A stretch of DNA of 64,000 nt, from assembly GCA_963736005.1 (NCBI GenBank), contig CAVTNB010000001.1, positions 768,001-832,000 of the forward strand, read 5' to 3'. The position numbers and the translations under genes were made by a program. This document shows, piece after piece, positions 39,713 through 48,865 of the stretch (position 1 is the stretch's first letter; each line of letters starts with the position of its first letter). The notes below the pieces were generated by a model, which worked only from the letters and a program-made list of their open reading frames with translations, was not told the DNA's origin and ran no database searches. The stretch comes from an uncultured Pseudomonadota bacterium (GTDB lineage: Bacteria; Vulcanimicrobiota; Vulcanimicrobiia; Eremiobacterales; Eremiobacteraceae).

Positions 39713-40301
39713 CGGAATTGGCGTCGAGCGCAAGATTGAGCTCGAGCACGTTGACGCGAGGCTCCCCAAGGAATCCAAGCGTTCTGCCACGTTCGTGCGT
39801 GGCGACGAGCGCTAGCACCTGCGCGAGAGGGATGCCGCGTGCTTTTGCTATGCGCGGCGCTTGATAGTCTGCCGCTTGCGGACTGATATCAGGGTCAATG
39901 CCGCTGGCGCTGCTCGTCACGAGGTCGGGCGGCACGGGGCCGGTCGCGTCGGGGTTCTCCTTCTTCACCTCTGCGATGGTCGCTTTGGTCGCGTCAATCA
40001 GCTTCTTCGACGTCGGACCGAGATTCGTGGCGCCTGTGGATGTTGGATCATAACCTTTGCCGGCGGCGGACGGGCGACCATGGAAGTATTGCGGCTTGGT
40101 CCACAGCTGGCCAATGATCGCAGATCCCACCGGGATGCCGTTGCGATAAAGCATCTCGCCTTTTGCCTGCCAGGGGAAGATCAGCTGCGCGACAAGCGTC
40201 ATCACGATGGGGTAAACCAGTCCGAAGATTGCAACCGAACCTACTGTGTATATGACTGCAGTGCCGAGATACCTCAGGGTGCTGTCTTTGATGGTGTTCA
40301 T
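39705..40301 (-). CDS. kdpC: K+-transporting ATPase subunit C
   Basis: YFHGRPSA, DLVTSSASGIDPDIS, EPRVNVLELNLALD. Confidence 0.96.
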   Translation of the reverse strand: MNTIKDSTLRYLGTAVIYTVGSVAIFGLVYPIVMTLVAQLIFPWQAKGEMLYRNGIPVGSAIIGQLWTKPQYFHGRPSAAGKGYDPTSTGATNLGPTSKKLIDATKATIAEVKKENPDATGPVPPDLVTSSASGIDPDISPQAADYQAPRIAKARGIPLAQVLALVATHERGRTLGFLGEPRVNVLELNLALDANSAR

Positions 40302-40308
40302 GATTTCC

Positions 40309-42366
40309 TCAGGTAAGATGTAAAGCGGCGAGGATCATGTCGATCAGCTTTATGCCAAGAAACGGCACGATAATACCGCCGATACCGTAGACGAACACGT
40401 TGATGCGAAGGACCGCATTCGCGCCGATCGGCCGATATGCCACGCCTCGCAAAGCAAGCGGGATCAGCGCGACGATAATGAGTGCGTTGAAGATGACTGC
40501 TGAAAGAATGGCTCTTTGTGGATCCTGTGCTGTCCCCAAATGCATGATATTGAGCGCCTGCATTGCGGGATAGGCTGTCACAAACATTGCCGGCAGGATG
40601 GCGAAGTATTTCGCTACGTCGTTGGCAATAGAGAATGTCGTCAGCGCGCCGCGCGTCATCAGCAGCTGCTTGCCGATCTCAACGATTTCGATGAGCTTGG
40701 TCGGATCGGAATCCAGATCCACCATATTAGCCGCTTCCTTCGCCGCCTGCGTGCCGGAATTCATCGCCACTCCAACATCGGCTTGCGCCAGAGCCGGCGC
40801 GTCATTGGTTCCGTCGCCGGTCATAGCCACGAGCCGACCGGCTTCTTGCTCGCGCTTGATCAACGCCATTTTGGTCTCCGGCGTGGCCTCGGCCAAAAAG
40901 TCGTCGACGCCAGATTCACGTGCGATAGTTGAAGCGGTCAGAGGATTGTCACCGGTAATCATGATCGTGCGAATGCCCATCTTTCGCAAACGGTCAAAGC
41001 GCTCGTGTATGGCCGGTTTGAGGATGTCCTTGAGGTGAATTGCGCCCAGAATCTTGTTCCCTTCAGCCAAGAGGAGTGGCGTGCCACCAGAACGTGCAAT
41101 AACCTCAACTTCTTTGGCAAGAGCGCTTGAGTCTTGTGCTCCTCGCTCGCGTACCCATGCCCGGATCGCATCCGGGGCCCCTTTGCGAATGACTTGGCCG
41201 TTCGCAAGGTCGACGCCGCTCATGCGCGTGTACGCGCTGAACGGAACAAATGTTGCATGCTCCACATCGGCCTTGCTGGCGCCTTCAGTCTCGGTTAATG
41301 CCACGATGGAGCGGCCTTCCGGCGTCTCGTCTGGCAACGACGAAATGTAGCCGGCGCGAACGGCAACGTCACGATCAACGCCGGGTGCAACGACAATCTC
41401 CGTGGCATGGCGATTTCCGAGAGTAATCGTGCCGGTCTTATCGAGCAGCAGCGTGTCGACATCGCCCGCCGCTTCTACGGCGCGACCACTCATGGCGAGC
41501 ACGTTACGCTGGAGCACGCGGTCCATGCCCGCAATACCGATAGCCGACAGCAAACCGCCGATCGTCGTGGGGATCAGACAAACAAGCAACGCAATCAGCA
41601 CCGTCACCGATTGCACGGTGCCCGCGTAAATCGAGTAAGGCGATAGCGTCGCGACGGCAATAACGAAAATAATGGTGAGACCCGCGAGCAGAATGGAAAG
41701 CGCAATTTCGTTAGGCGTCTTTTGCCGCTTCGCGCCTTCGACGAGGGCAATCATGCGGTCTAAGAACGTCTCGCCTGGATTCGAAGTAACGGCAACAAGG
41801 ACTTCGTCAGAAAGCACGCGCGTGCCGCCTGTCACTGCACTTCGATCACCGCCGGCTTCGCGGATCACCGGGGCCGACTCGCCAGTGATGGCAGATTCAT
41901 CGACTGACGCTGCCCCATGAATCACGTCACCGTCCACAGGGATCAACTCGCCCGCAGCAATGCGAACGACGTCGCCTTTATGCAGCAGCGTCGCGCTCAC
42001 AATCTCTTCTCGCCCGTCCACAACGCGGCGCGCTTTTGTTTCGGTTTTTGTACGCCTGAGATAATCTGCTTGGGCCTTGCCTCGCCCTTCAGCGACGGCT
42101 TCTGCGAAGTTCGCGAAGAGCACCGTGAACCACAGCCAGACTGAGATGGCTAAATCAAAGCGTGCTGGCCCGTGCGTGCGTAGGTCGCGGAAAAAGAACA
42201 GGAGCGTCACGAGCGCGCCGACCTCGCACACAAACATAACCGGGTTGCGGAATTGCCAGCGCGGGTCCAACTTGCGAAATGAGTCCAGGGTTGCGACGGC
42301 GAGAATCTTGCGGTCGAACAGCGATCGCGTCTTGGGGCGGCGCTCCAGTCGTCGTTGCGAAATCAT
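40309..42366 (-). CDS. kdpB: K+-transporting ATPase subunit B
   Basis: [31 protein letters not shown]. Confidence 0.98.
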   Translation of the reverse strand: MISQRRLERRPKTRSLFDRKILAVATLDSFRKLDPRWQFRNPVMFVCEVGALVTLLFFFRDLRTHGPARFDLAISVWLWFTVLFANFAEAVAEGRGKAQADYLRRTKTETKARRVVDGREEIVSATLLHKGDVVRIAAGELIPVDGDVIHGAASVDESAITGESAPVIREAGGDRSAVTGGTRVLSDEVLVAVTSNPGETFLDRMIALVEGAKRQKTPNEIALSILLAGLTIIFVIAVATLSPYSIYAGTVQSVTVLIALLVCLIPTTIGGLLSAIGIAGMDRVLQRNVLAMSGRAVEAAGDVDTLLLDKTGTITLGNRHATEIVVAPGVDRDVAVRAGYISSLPDETPEGRSIVALTETEGASKADVEHATFVPFSAYTRMSGVDLANGQVIRKGAPDAIRAWVRERGAQDSSALAKEVEVIARSGGTPLLLAEGNKILGAIHLKDILKPAIHERFDRLRKMGIRTIMITGDNPLTASTIARESGVDDFLAEATPETKMALIKREQEAGRLVAMTGDGTNDAPALAQADVGVAMNSGTQAAKEAANMVDLDSDPTKLIEIVEIGKQLLMTRGALTTFSIANDVAKYFAILPAMFVTAYPAMQALNIMHLGTAQDPQRAILSAVIFNALIIVALIPLALRGVAYRPIGANAVLRINVFVYGIGGIIVPFLGIKLIDMILAALHLT

Positions 42367-44067
42367 TAGAATAGCTTTCCTTGGGCCATGAGCAGATGTT
42401 CAACAATGGGACCGAGCGCGTCGGCTGGGAAGAACGTCAACGCTCCCACGATGAGAATCGTTCCTATCAGTAATCCAATGAAGATCGGCGAATGCGTTGT
42501 GAAGGTGCCGACAGTTGCGGGCGTGCTGACCTTGCCCGCCAGCGAGCCGGCCAGCAGCACAGCCGGAATGAGGAAGGTGAACCGTCCGCAAATCATTACG
42601 ATGCCCATCAGGATATTGAAATAGAGATTCGCCCCCGAGACCGGCAAATGCGCTTCCGTTGTTTTCCGTCGTGGACGTAAAGCCATAAAGCAGTTCGGAA
42701 AACCCGTGGGGCCCGCCGTTGTTGAGAGTTGCCGTTCCAGCTGGGACCAGCACCGAAATAGCGACCGGGATGAGCGCGAACACCGGAAGAACAAGTGCAC
42801 CGAGCATCGCGAGCTGCACTTCACGCCGTTCGATCTTCTTCCCCAAGTATTCCGGCGTCCGTCCGACCATGAGCCCGGCAATAAAGACAGTCAAGACGAC
42901 GAAGATAATCATGCCATAGAGGCCCGTGCCAACGCCGCCAAAGGCGACTTCACCGAGCTGCATGTCGGCCAAGGGAACGAGTCCGCCCAACGGCATGAAT
43001 GAATCATGCATCGCATTAACAGCCCCGCACGACGTATCGGTGGTGACCGTCGCAAAGAGTGCGGAAGCGGGAACGCCGAATCGGCACTCCTTGCCTTCCA
43101 TATTGCCGCCGGCGATGCCCAAGTGATGGATGAATGGGTTGCCGGCGGACTCCGCGGCGTATGCGACGGTGAAGCCGCTTGCAAAAAGAATCGCCATCAC
43201 CGCAAAGAGCGCCCACCCCTGCTGCTGATCTTTCGCGTAGCGTCCGTATGTGTACGTTAGCCCGGAACCAATTGAGAAAATGAGGAGTATTTCGAGCAGA
43301 TTGCTCAGCGGGGTTGGGTTCTCGTTCGGGGAGGCCGAGTTCGCATTGACAAAACCGCCGCCATTGGTGCCCAGTTCTTTAATGACCTCCTGCGACGCCA
43401 TCGGACCACCGGTAATGGTCTGTTTAAAACCCTCAATCGAGACGATGTCCTGGTAAGGATGGAAATTTTGTGGCATCCCCTGCCAAACCAGAAGTAGTCC
43501 TACAACGACGCTGATCGGGAGCAGCACATACAGGATCGACCGCGTGATATCGATCCAAAAATTGCCGAGCGTTTTGAACCCCGACCTGGCAACACCCCTT
43601 ATTACGGCGATCGCGATCGCGATTCCAACCCCGGCCGATGCAAAGTTGTGCCATGCAAGGCCAGCCATCTGCGAAAGATAGCTCATCGCACTTTCGCCAG
43701 AATAGAATTGCCAATTAGTATTGGTCATGAAGCTCGCCGCAATATTGAATGCGTTGTCGGCCGTGAAATTATCAAAGTGCTGCGGGTTGAGGGGAAGCCA
43801 CTTCTGCGTGCGCAAAAGAAGGTAAAGATATGCAAATCCGACGAGGCTGAAGGCAAGTGTCGCGAGCAGATATGCGGTAGCTGACATCTCCTTGCTGGGA
43901 TCAATCCTGCACGAGCGATAGATCAATCGCTCGACCGGGCCAAACAGAGGGCTGAGAAGCGTGCGCTCGCCCTCGAAAACACGCGCCATGTAAGCACCCA
44001 GCGGCTTGGTGATGAGCACAATGATCCCGAAGAAAACAGCGGCTTGGACCCAACCTATTATCGTCAC
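42366..44067 (-). pseudogene. kdpA: K+-transporting ATPase subunit A with a +1 frameshift at about 42632-42636 (pseudogene or sequence error)
   Basis: KdpA motifs TNTNWQ, LGTNGGG and NNGSAFAGL in one frame; C-terminus [11 protein letters not shown] in another frame ending TAATG at kdpB. Confidence 0.9.
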
Positions 44068-44076
44068 CGGTAACTC

Positions 44077-44163
44077 CTAAAACTTCTCCGGACGCAGCAT
44101 GGCATAGCCAAGATAGGCGAGACCCAAAATGGAGAGTACCAGGCCGACCAGCTGTTCAAACAT
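44077..44163 (-). CDS. kdpF: K+-transporting ATPase subunit F
   Basis: MFEQLVGLVLSILGLAYLGYAMLRPEKF; canonical YL.YA...PEKF ending, directly before kdpA. Confidence 0.92.
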   Translation of the reverse strand: MFEQLVGLVLSILGLAYLGYAMLRPEKF

Positions 44164-44246
44164 CAGAGTCTCTCAAGCGCAACCGAATAACGGTCCAGCA
44201 CGAAAAAAAGCCCGAGTGCCAAGAGCATTAACAAGATATCAAGCAT
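44163..44246 (-). CDS. 27-aa hydrophobic peptide translationally coupled to kdpF
   Basis: MLDILLMLLALGLFFVLDRYSVALERL; SD GAGG; TGATG overlap with kdpF. Confidence 0.75.
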   Translation of the reverse strand: MLDILLMLLALGLFFVLDRYSVALERL

Positions 44247-44259
44247 ATCCTCAGTCCTC

Positions 44260-45477
44260 TCAAAATTGCAGCCCGGTTTCGACGACCGTTCGGTATTGAT
44301 CGGGTTCGTTGCCGGCTGTTCCGAAGACGGTGCCAGGCACGAAATTGCTCACGTGAATTGCCGACTCCTCAGCGCGTGCGAAGAAAATCCCACGCCGGTA
44401 CGTCGGCGTCAGGGTGTAGGTCCAAGCACTCGAACCGGGTCCGTAGCCGAGCAAGTTTGCGTTGGGGCTCAGATCTGCTTTTGTGCTACTATTGTTGCCA
44501 TATTCGACGCGAAGCGGCAACGACCAGGTGGAGCTTAACGCGTATGCTGCGTTGAACACGGCGCCGAAGGCGTGTTCATCTGACGTATAACCAAGAGCCT
44601 TGCTTGTGGGCGAATCAACAAACAACAGGTACGGTGAAAACGTCCACTTACCGGTTGTGTAGGTCAGAAGGGGATTGTAGAGCCGCTTATTCGCTATCGA
44701 TGCGGTGGCGTTGCCAGGAGCACTTGAATTTGGCACGACGAAGACGAACTCCAAGGTTGTACTCGAACTCGGCGTATTGGTGATTTGTCCTTCTAGGCCG
44801 AGCCGGTTGCCCGAGTAGAAACCATCATTAACCTCCAGAGCACCGTTGAATTTGGATCCGGCAAAGTTGGCTCGAACGCCGCGGCTTACGGCCGTTTCGA
44901 TTTCCCAAATAATGCCTCGCTGAATGTTCGGATTCTCGTAGGTGTAGGTACTCTCTTGACCCGTAAAGGTCGCGAGTTTACCGGCTTCAAGATTGAAACT
45001 CGACGTCGGAGCGTACTGCACGTCCATTGCGGGCACTACACCGTAGAGACTTGTGTTCGCATTGTTCTCCAGCGTCTTATTCAGCGCGAAACCGACGACT
45101 GGGATATTGTATGCGCCGGCGGCAAAGCCGTATCGGAATGTGCCTGAGTTCTTGTTGAGGATCAAGAATGCGTTGCTCACATCAGCGCGGCTGCTCACAT
45201 CAGCGCCAGTGGGTGTATCGAATGAACCCGATGCATTAACACCGCTTGTCACCGCCCCGTAGTAGCTTGCGACACCGTCGATCGTCAGTTGGCCCAGCGT
45301 CAAGCTCGTAGAAGACGGCGATGGGGACGGCGATGGAGCTGTGCTTGCAGCCGCCGTCGGAGAAGGCACGGGGCTCGCCACTGAGTCGGCCAGAGCCTTC
45401 GAGGCCGGACCGGAACCCGCGACGACACACGCGGCAATAGCGGCGTAAAGGAATCTTTTCGTAGGCATCGCGTCCAT
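44260..45477 (-). CDS. Outer-membrane beta-barrel / putative porin heading the kdp operon
   Basis: Signal peptide, PS linker, amphipathic strands, C-terminal Phe (GLQF). Confidence 0.78.
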   Translation of the reverse strand: MDAMPTKRFLYAAIAACVVAGSGPASKALADSVASPVPSPTAAASTAPSPSPSPSSTSLTLGQLTIDGVASYYGAVTSGVNASGSFDTPTGADVSSRADVSNAFLILNKNSGTFRYGFAAGAYNIPVVGFALNKTLENNANTSLYGVVPAMDVQYAPTSSFNLEAGKLATFTGQESTYTYENPNIQRGIIWEIETAVSRGVRANFAGSKFNGALEVNDGFYSGNRLGLEGQITNTPSSSTTLEFVFVVPNSSAPGNATASIANKRLYNPLLTYTTGKWTFSPYLLFVDSPTSKALGYTSDEHAFGAVFNAAYALSSTWSLPLRVEYGNNSSTKADLSPNANLLGYGPGSSAWTYTLTPTYRRGIFFARAEESAIHVSNFVPGTVFGTAGNEPDQYRTVVETGLQF

Positions 45478-45501
45478 AATAGTGCAGTTTCAACCTGGCG
45501 A

Positions 45502-45533
45502 CCATCCGTCCAACGGATGATCCAATCGGATGG
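45502..45533. promoter_or_regulatory. Candidate response-regulator operator upstream of the porin-kdp operon
   Basis: CATCCGT-CCA-ACGGATG inverted repeat plus direct repeat TCCAA(T)CGGATG. Confidence 0.5.
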
Positions 45534-45618
45534 GTGAGCGACAAAACACGGAGCATGGGCACTTTTCAGGACACCCACTACAATGGTATGGGGCGACCTT
45601 CCAATCGCCCCCCAACAT

Positions 45619-47559
45619 TCAATAATGGAAGCGCTGTTCTAGAATCAACAGAGAACCGTGGAAGTCGGGGGATGGGCCGTTGAGAATCGACGGCAAGCCG
45701 GAGAACGCAGAGTGACGTATTTGTATCAAAATGATCGCGTGCGGCGACTCGGCATACTGACCGCCGGCGAAAACAACGTCTTGCTGATAATTGACGTTTG
45801 TCAGGGGGCCGTGCGCCCACGAACCGAGCATCGCATATCGCCCGAAACCAATTGAGCTGAGCACTCGCTTATTGAAAGATTTGGAGAGAGCCAGTACTAC
45901 CTGCGGCGCGTCGTACGACACGGCGTCTTGGGGCTGACTCGGCGCAGCGTCGCGCTGCATCATATCATCGACAAAGTCCAACGTGACGGTGCCGAACTTC
46001 GGATGCCATGCAAGCCAACAAGCGTATTGCTTCTGCTTCCCAAGTGTCGCGAATTGCGCTTGTTGGGGCAAGAAAAAACCCTCGACGAAGCCTGTTTGAT
46101 GAGACAGGCCAATGCTCGCGGCATCGATCTGCTGAAATTGCGCAAACGAGGCATGCACGTCCAGCGACCCTCCGGTGCGCGTGTAATGCACGCGGTAGCC
46201 CTGGCGGTTCGCGCCGATCTGCGTGTTATCAACTAGTTGGTAGGTTGATTTGAGCCAGACGCCGGGCCACGACCAGGCGACGCTCCAAACGTTCTCAGGG
46301 GCGCCGTAAGGGAGGATCGCGGTTGCATAGCGCGGTTCGAATCTGTAGGCGTCGATTCCAACTGATGCTGTCCCCAGTGGGTGAGACAGAGCGGCGTGGT
46401 AGTAGTTCCCAGGCTTGGCCGTGCCAGGTTCTATGACGTGATCGGCATCGTACCAGGTTCTCCCGTACTCCACCGTCGCATCGAGCGAGTGAGCAACGTG
46501 GAACGAGCCGGCAACGCCAGCGATTGTCGAAATCTGCCCGCCCAGATTGCTAAACGGCAATGCTCCCTGCGGCCCAAAAAAGAGCCTCGCGCCCGACCCA
46601 AAGAGCGTGGTCGTGCTGATTTCACCGCCCGTCACGAGATGGAGGATCTCGGCAGAAAATTGGGTGCCTTCGCCTCGATCCAAAATGACCGAGCCGAGGG
46701 AAATCCGCGCCGACGTGCCCGGCAGCGACGGTAACGCCGCGTTGGTGAGTTCGGCGGACACTGAACCCTGGTGAAGCGTCAGATCGACTCCATCAAGCGG
46801 GAGACCGGGAGGCGGACTCGGCCATCCATCGAGCACCGGCGCACCCGTCCCCAAACTCTCTGCGGTTGCCAAGGACACCTCGGGCGTCTGGTTGGTCAAA
46901 GCCGGTTGCACGAACACAAATCGATCCGTTTGATTGAGATCGAACCACCCGCCGCGCAGGTTCCAACTCCCGTCGCGTGACCCGATCGATGCCGAAAAAA
47001 TAGAGAGGCCGAGCACGGTCGCGTCGTCTTGGCCTGCGTGAGACGGAAAAGCGATCGAGTAGGGCAGCGCTTGGGATCCTAGATGAGGGTTGAGAACCGG
47101 CAGCAAGTTCTCAGTCCAGTATGCGGCGTTGGTCGTACTCCCGGTCACGGAGCTGACGCCTGATTGGAGCGAGGCAAAAATCTTTTTCCCCGTATAGGAC
47201 GTGAGCAGCGTGAACTGCCCGATCCCAGCAACTCCAGGCGTCATCGGCGCGCTGGAAAACGTGTCATACGGCGTCATTGGTGATAAAACAAAACCAGCCG
47301 CAAACCCAGGACCCTCCGGTGGCTGCGTTCCTCTTCCTTCAGTCGCCTGATCGACGAGCGAAATAAATCCATCGACTGAGTTCTGCCAACCCAACGAGCT
47401 GGTGGATGCAACGGGCGCCGGCTGCACCGCACTTGCAGATGGCGTGGGTGTCGGATCGGCCAAGGCAGCCGACCAGCCAGCGCCCACGAGCAAAGCAACC
47501 GCCACAAGGACCCGTATGAAGGTCTCGGCGCGCGAAGCGAAATGCTGCAAACCAACCAC
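45619..47559 (-). CDS. Hypothetical exported protein, probable outer-membrane beta-barrel
   Basis: Signal peptide, PTP linker, aromatic-rich strands, C-terminal EQRFHY. Confidence 0.7.
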   Translation of the reverse strand: MVGLQHFASRAETFIRVLVAVALLVGAGWSAALADPTPTPSASAVQPAPVASTSSLGWQNSVDGFISLVDQATEGRGTQPPEGPGFAAGFVLSPMTPYDTFSSAPMTPGVAGIGQFTLLTSYTGKKIFASLQSGVSSVTGSTTNAAYWTENLLPVLNPHLGSQALPYSIAFPSHAGQDDATVLGLSIFSASIGSRDGSWNLRGGWFDLNQTDRFVFVQPALTNQTPEVSLATAESLGTGAPVLDGWPSPPPGLPLDGVDLTLHQGSVSAELTNAALPSLPGTSARISLGSVILDRGEGTQFSAEILHLVTGGEISTTTLFGSGARLFFGPQGALPFSNLGGQISTIAGVAGSFHVAHSLDATVEYGRTWYDADHVIEPGTAKPGNYYHAALSHPLGTASVGIDAYRFEPRYATAILPYGAPENVWSVAWSWPGVWLKSTYQLVDNTQIGANRQGYRVHYTRTGGSLDVHASFAQFQQIDAASIGLSHQTGFVEGFFLPQQAQFATLGKQKQYACWLAWHPKFGTVTLDFVDDMMQRDAAPSQPQDAVSYDAPQVVLALSKSFNKRVLSSIGFGRYAMLGSWAHGPLTNVNYQQDVVFAGGQYAESPHAIILIQIRHSAFSGLPSILNGPSPDFHGSLLILEQRFHY

Positions 47560-47751
47560 CTAGGCTCATTTTCAACAATCGACTGGATATCATGCTCGGG
47601 ATAGTCGAAACCCGGACTTCAAAAAATCCGAGCTCCTCCTGCTGTTCCACGGACTCCATTACCCCTTTTCAGAAGGGGCGATTTTCCAATCGCCCCCTAC
47701 ATCTGTGAGCGGGGACAAGGCGCGCTTTCTGCTCTCGTTGAAATCCACAAA

Positions 47752-48864
47752 ATGGCCGTCTATGCAAAAACGAGCGTTCCCTCTGGAGCGCATACCCTGC
47801 CGCGCGAGTACTACACATCGGACCGCATCTTTGCCCTCGAGACACAGAAGATCTTCGAGCAGTGTTGGCTGCTCGTTGGCCGCGAGGAGCAAGTAGAGAA
47901 TCCGGGCGAGTTCTTCGTGGCCAATATTGGCCAAGAGAGTCTCATGATCGTGCGCGGCGCAGACCGCAGCTTGCGCGCGCTCTACAACGTGTGCCGGCAT
48001 CGCGGCACGCGAATTTGCAGCGAAGAATCAGGGAAATTCGTCGGGTCTATCATGTGTCCGTACCACGCGTGGACGTACGGACTTGATGGCAAACTCATGG
48101 CTGCACGGAACATGGATGGAGTGCCCGATTTTGACAAGTCAGAATACCCGCTGAAGCAAGCCGCGCTGGCCATCTGGGAAGGCTTCATCTTTGTCAATCT
48201 CGCGGAGCAACCGCAACCGTTTGCGGCTTCCCACGCAGCGCTCTTGGAGCGCTTCAAACGCTGGCACATCGCTGATCTGCGAATCGCCAGGACGATCGTC
48301 TACGATCTGCAGTGCAACTGGAAGCTCGTCGTTCAGAATTATTCGGAGTGCTATCATTGCCCGCTCGTCCATCCCGCACTCGACAAGCTGACGCCCTTTG
48401 ACAGCGGACGCAACGACTTGGGCGAAGGACCCTTCCTCGGCGGTTTTATGACCATGCGCAAGTCGGGGTCGCGCATGTCAATGAGCGGCACGGCACACTA
48501 TCCGCCTATTGGCGATGTGTCCGGTGAGGAATTGGATCGCGTGTACTATTACGCCATTTTCCCCGCGATGCTACTCAGTCTCGAGCCCGACTATGTCATG
48601 GTTCACCGGATTACGAGGGTGTCGACGAACCGCTCGATCGTCACCTGCCAATGGCTCTTCGATCCGGCGACGATTGCCACGCCCGGCTTTGATCCTTCCG
48701 ATGCCGTTGAGTTTTGGGATATGACGAATCGGCAGGACTGGCATGTGTGCGAACTCTCGCAGTCGGGAATTGAATCGCGCGCATACACGCCGGGGCCGTA
48801 TGCGAATCAGGAGGGGCTGCTTTACCAGTTCGACCGGCACTATCGCGGCGTTATGGAGTCGTAG
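47752..48864 (+). CDS. Rieske non-heme iron oxygenase alpha subunit (choline/glycine-betaine oxygenase-like)
   Basis: CRHRG..CPYHAW Rieske motif; NWK..ECYHC..VH iron site. Confidence 0.92.
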   Translation: MAVYAKTSVPSGAHTLPREYYTSDRIFALETQKIFEQCWLLVGREEQVENPGEFFVANIGQESLMIVRGADRSLRALYNVCRHRGTRICSEESGKFVGSIMCPYHAWTYGLDGKLMAARNMDGVPDFDKSEYPLKQAALAIWEGFIFVNLAEQPQPFAASHAALLERFKRWHIADLRIARTIVYDLQCNWKLVVQNYSECYHCPLVHPALDKLTPFDSGRNDLGEGPFLGGFMTMRKSGSRMSMSGTAHYPPIGDVSGEELDRVYYYAIFPAMLLSLEPDYVMVHRITRVSTNRSIVTCQWLFDPATIATPGFDPSDAVEFWDMTNRQDWHVCELSQSGIESRAYTPGPYANQEGLLYQFDRHYRGVMES

Positions 48865-48865
48865 A

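Noticed and set aside
42366..42881. Separate 171-aa gene between kdpA and kdpB
   Set aside because: Only its last ~90 codons are meaningful, and they are the frameshifted KdpA C-terminus
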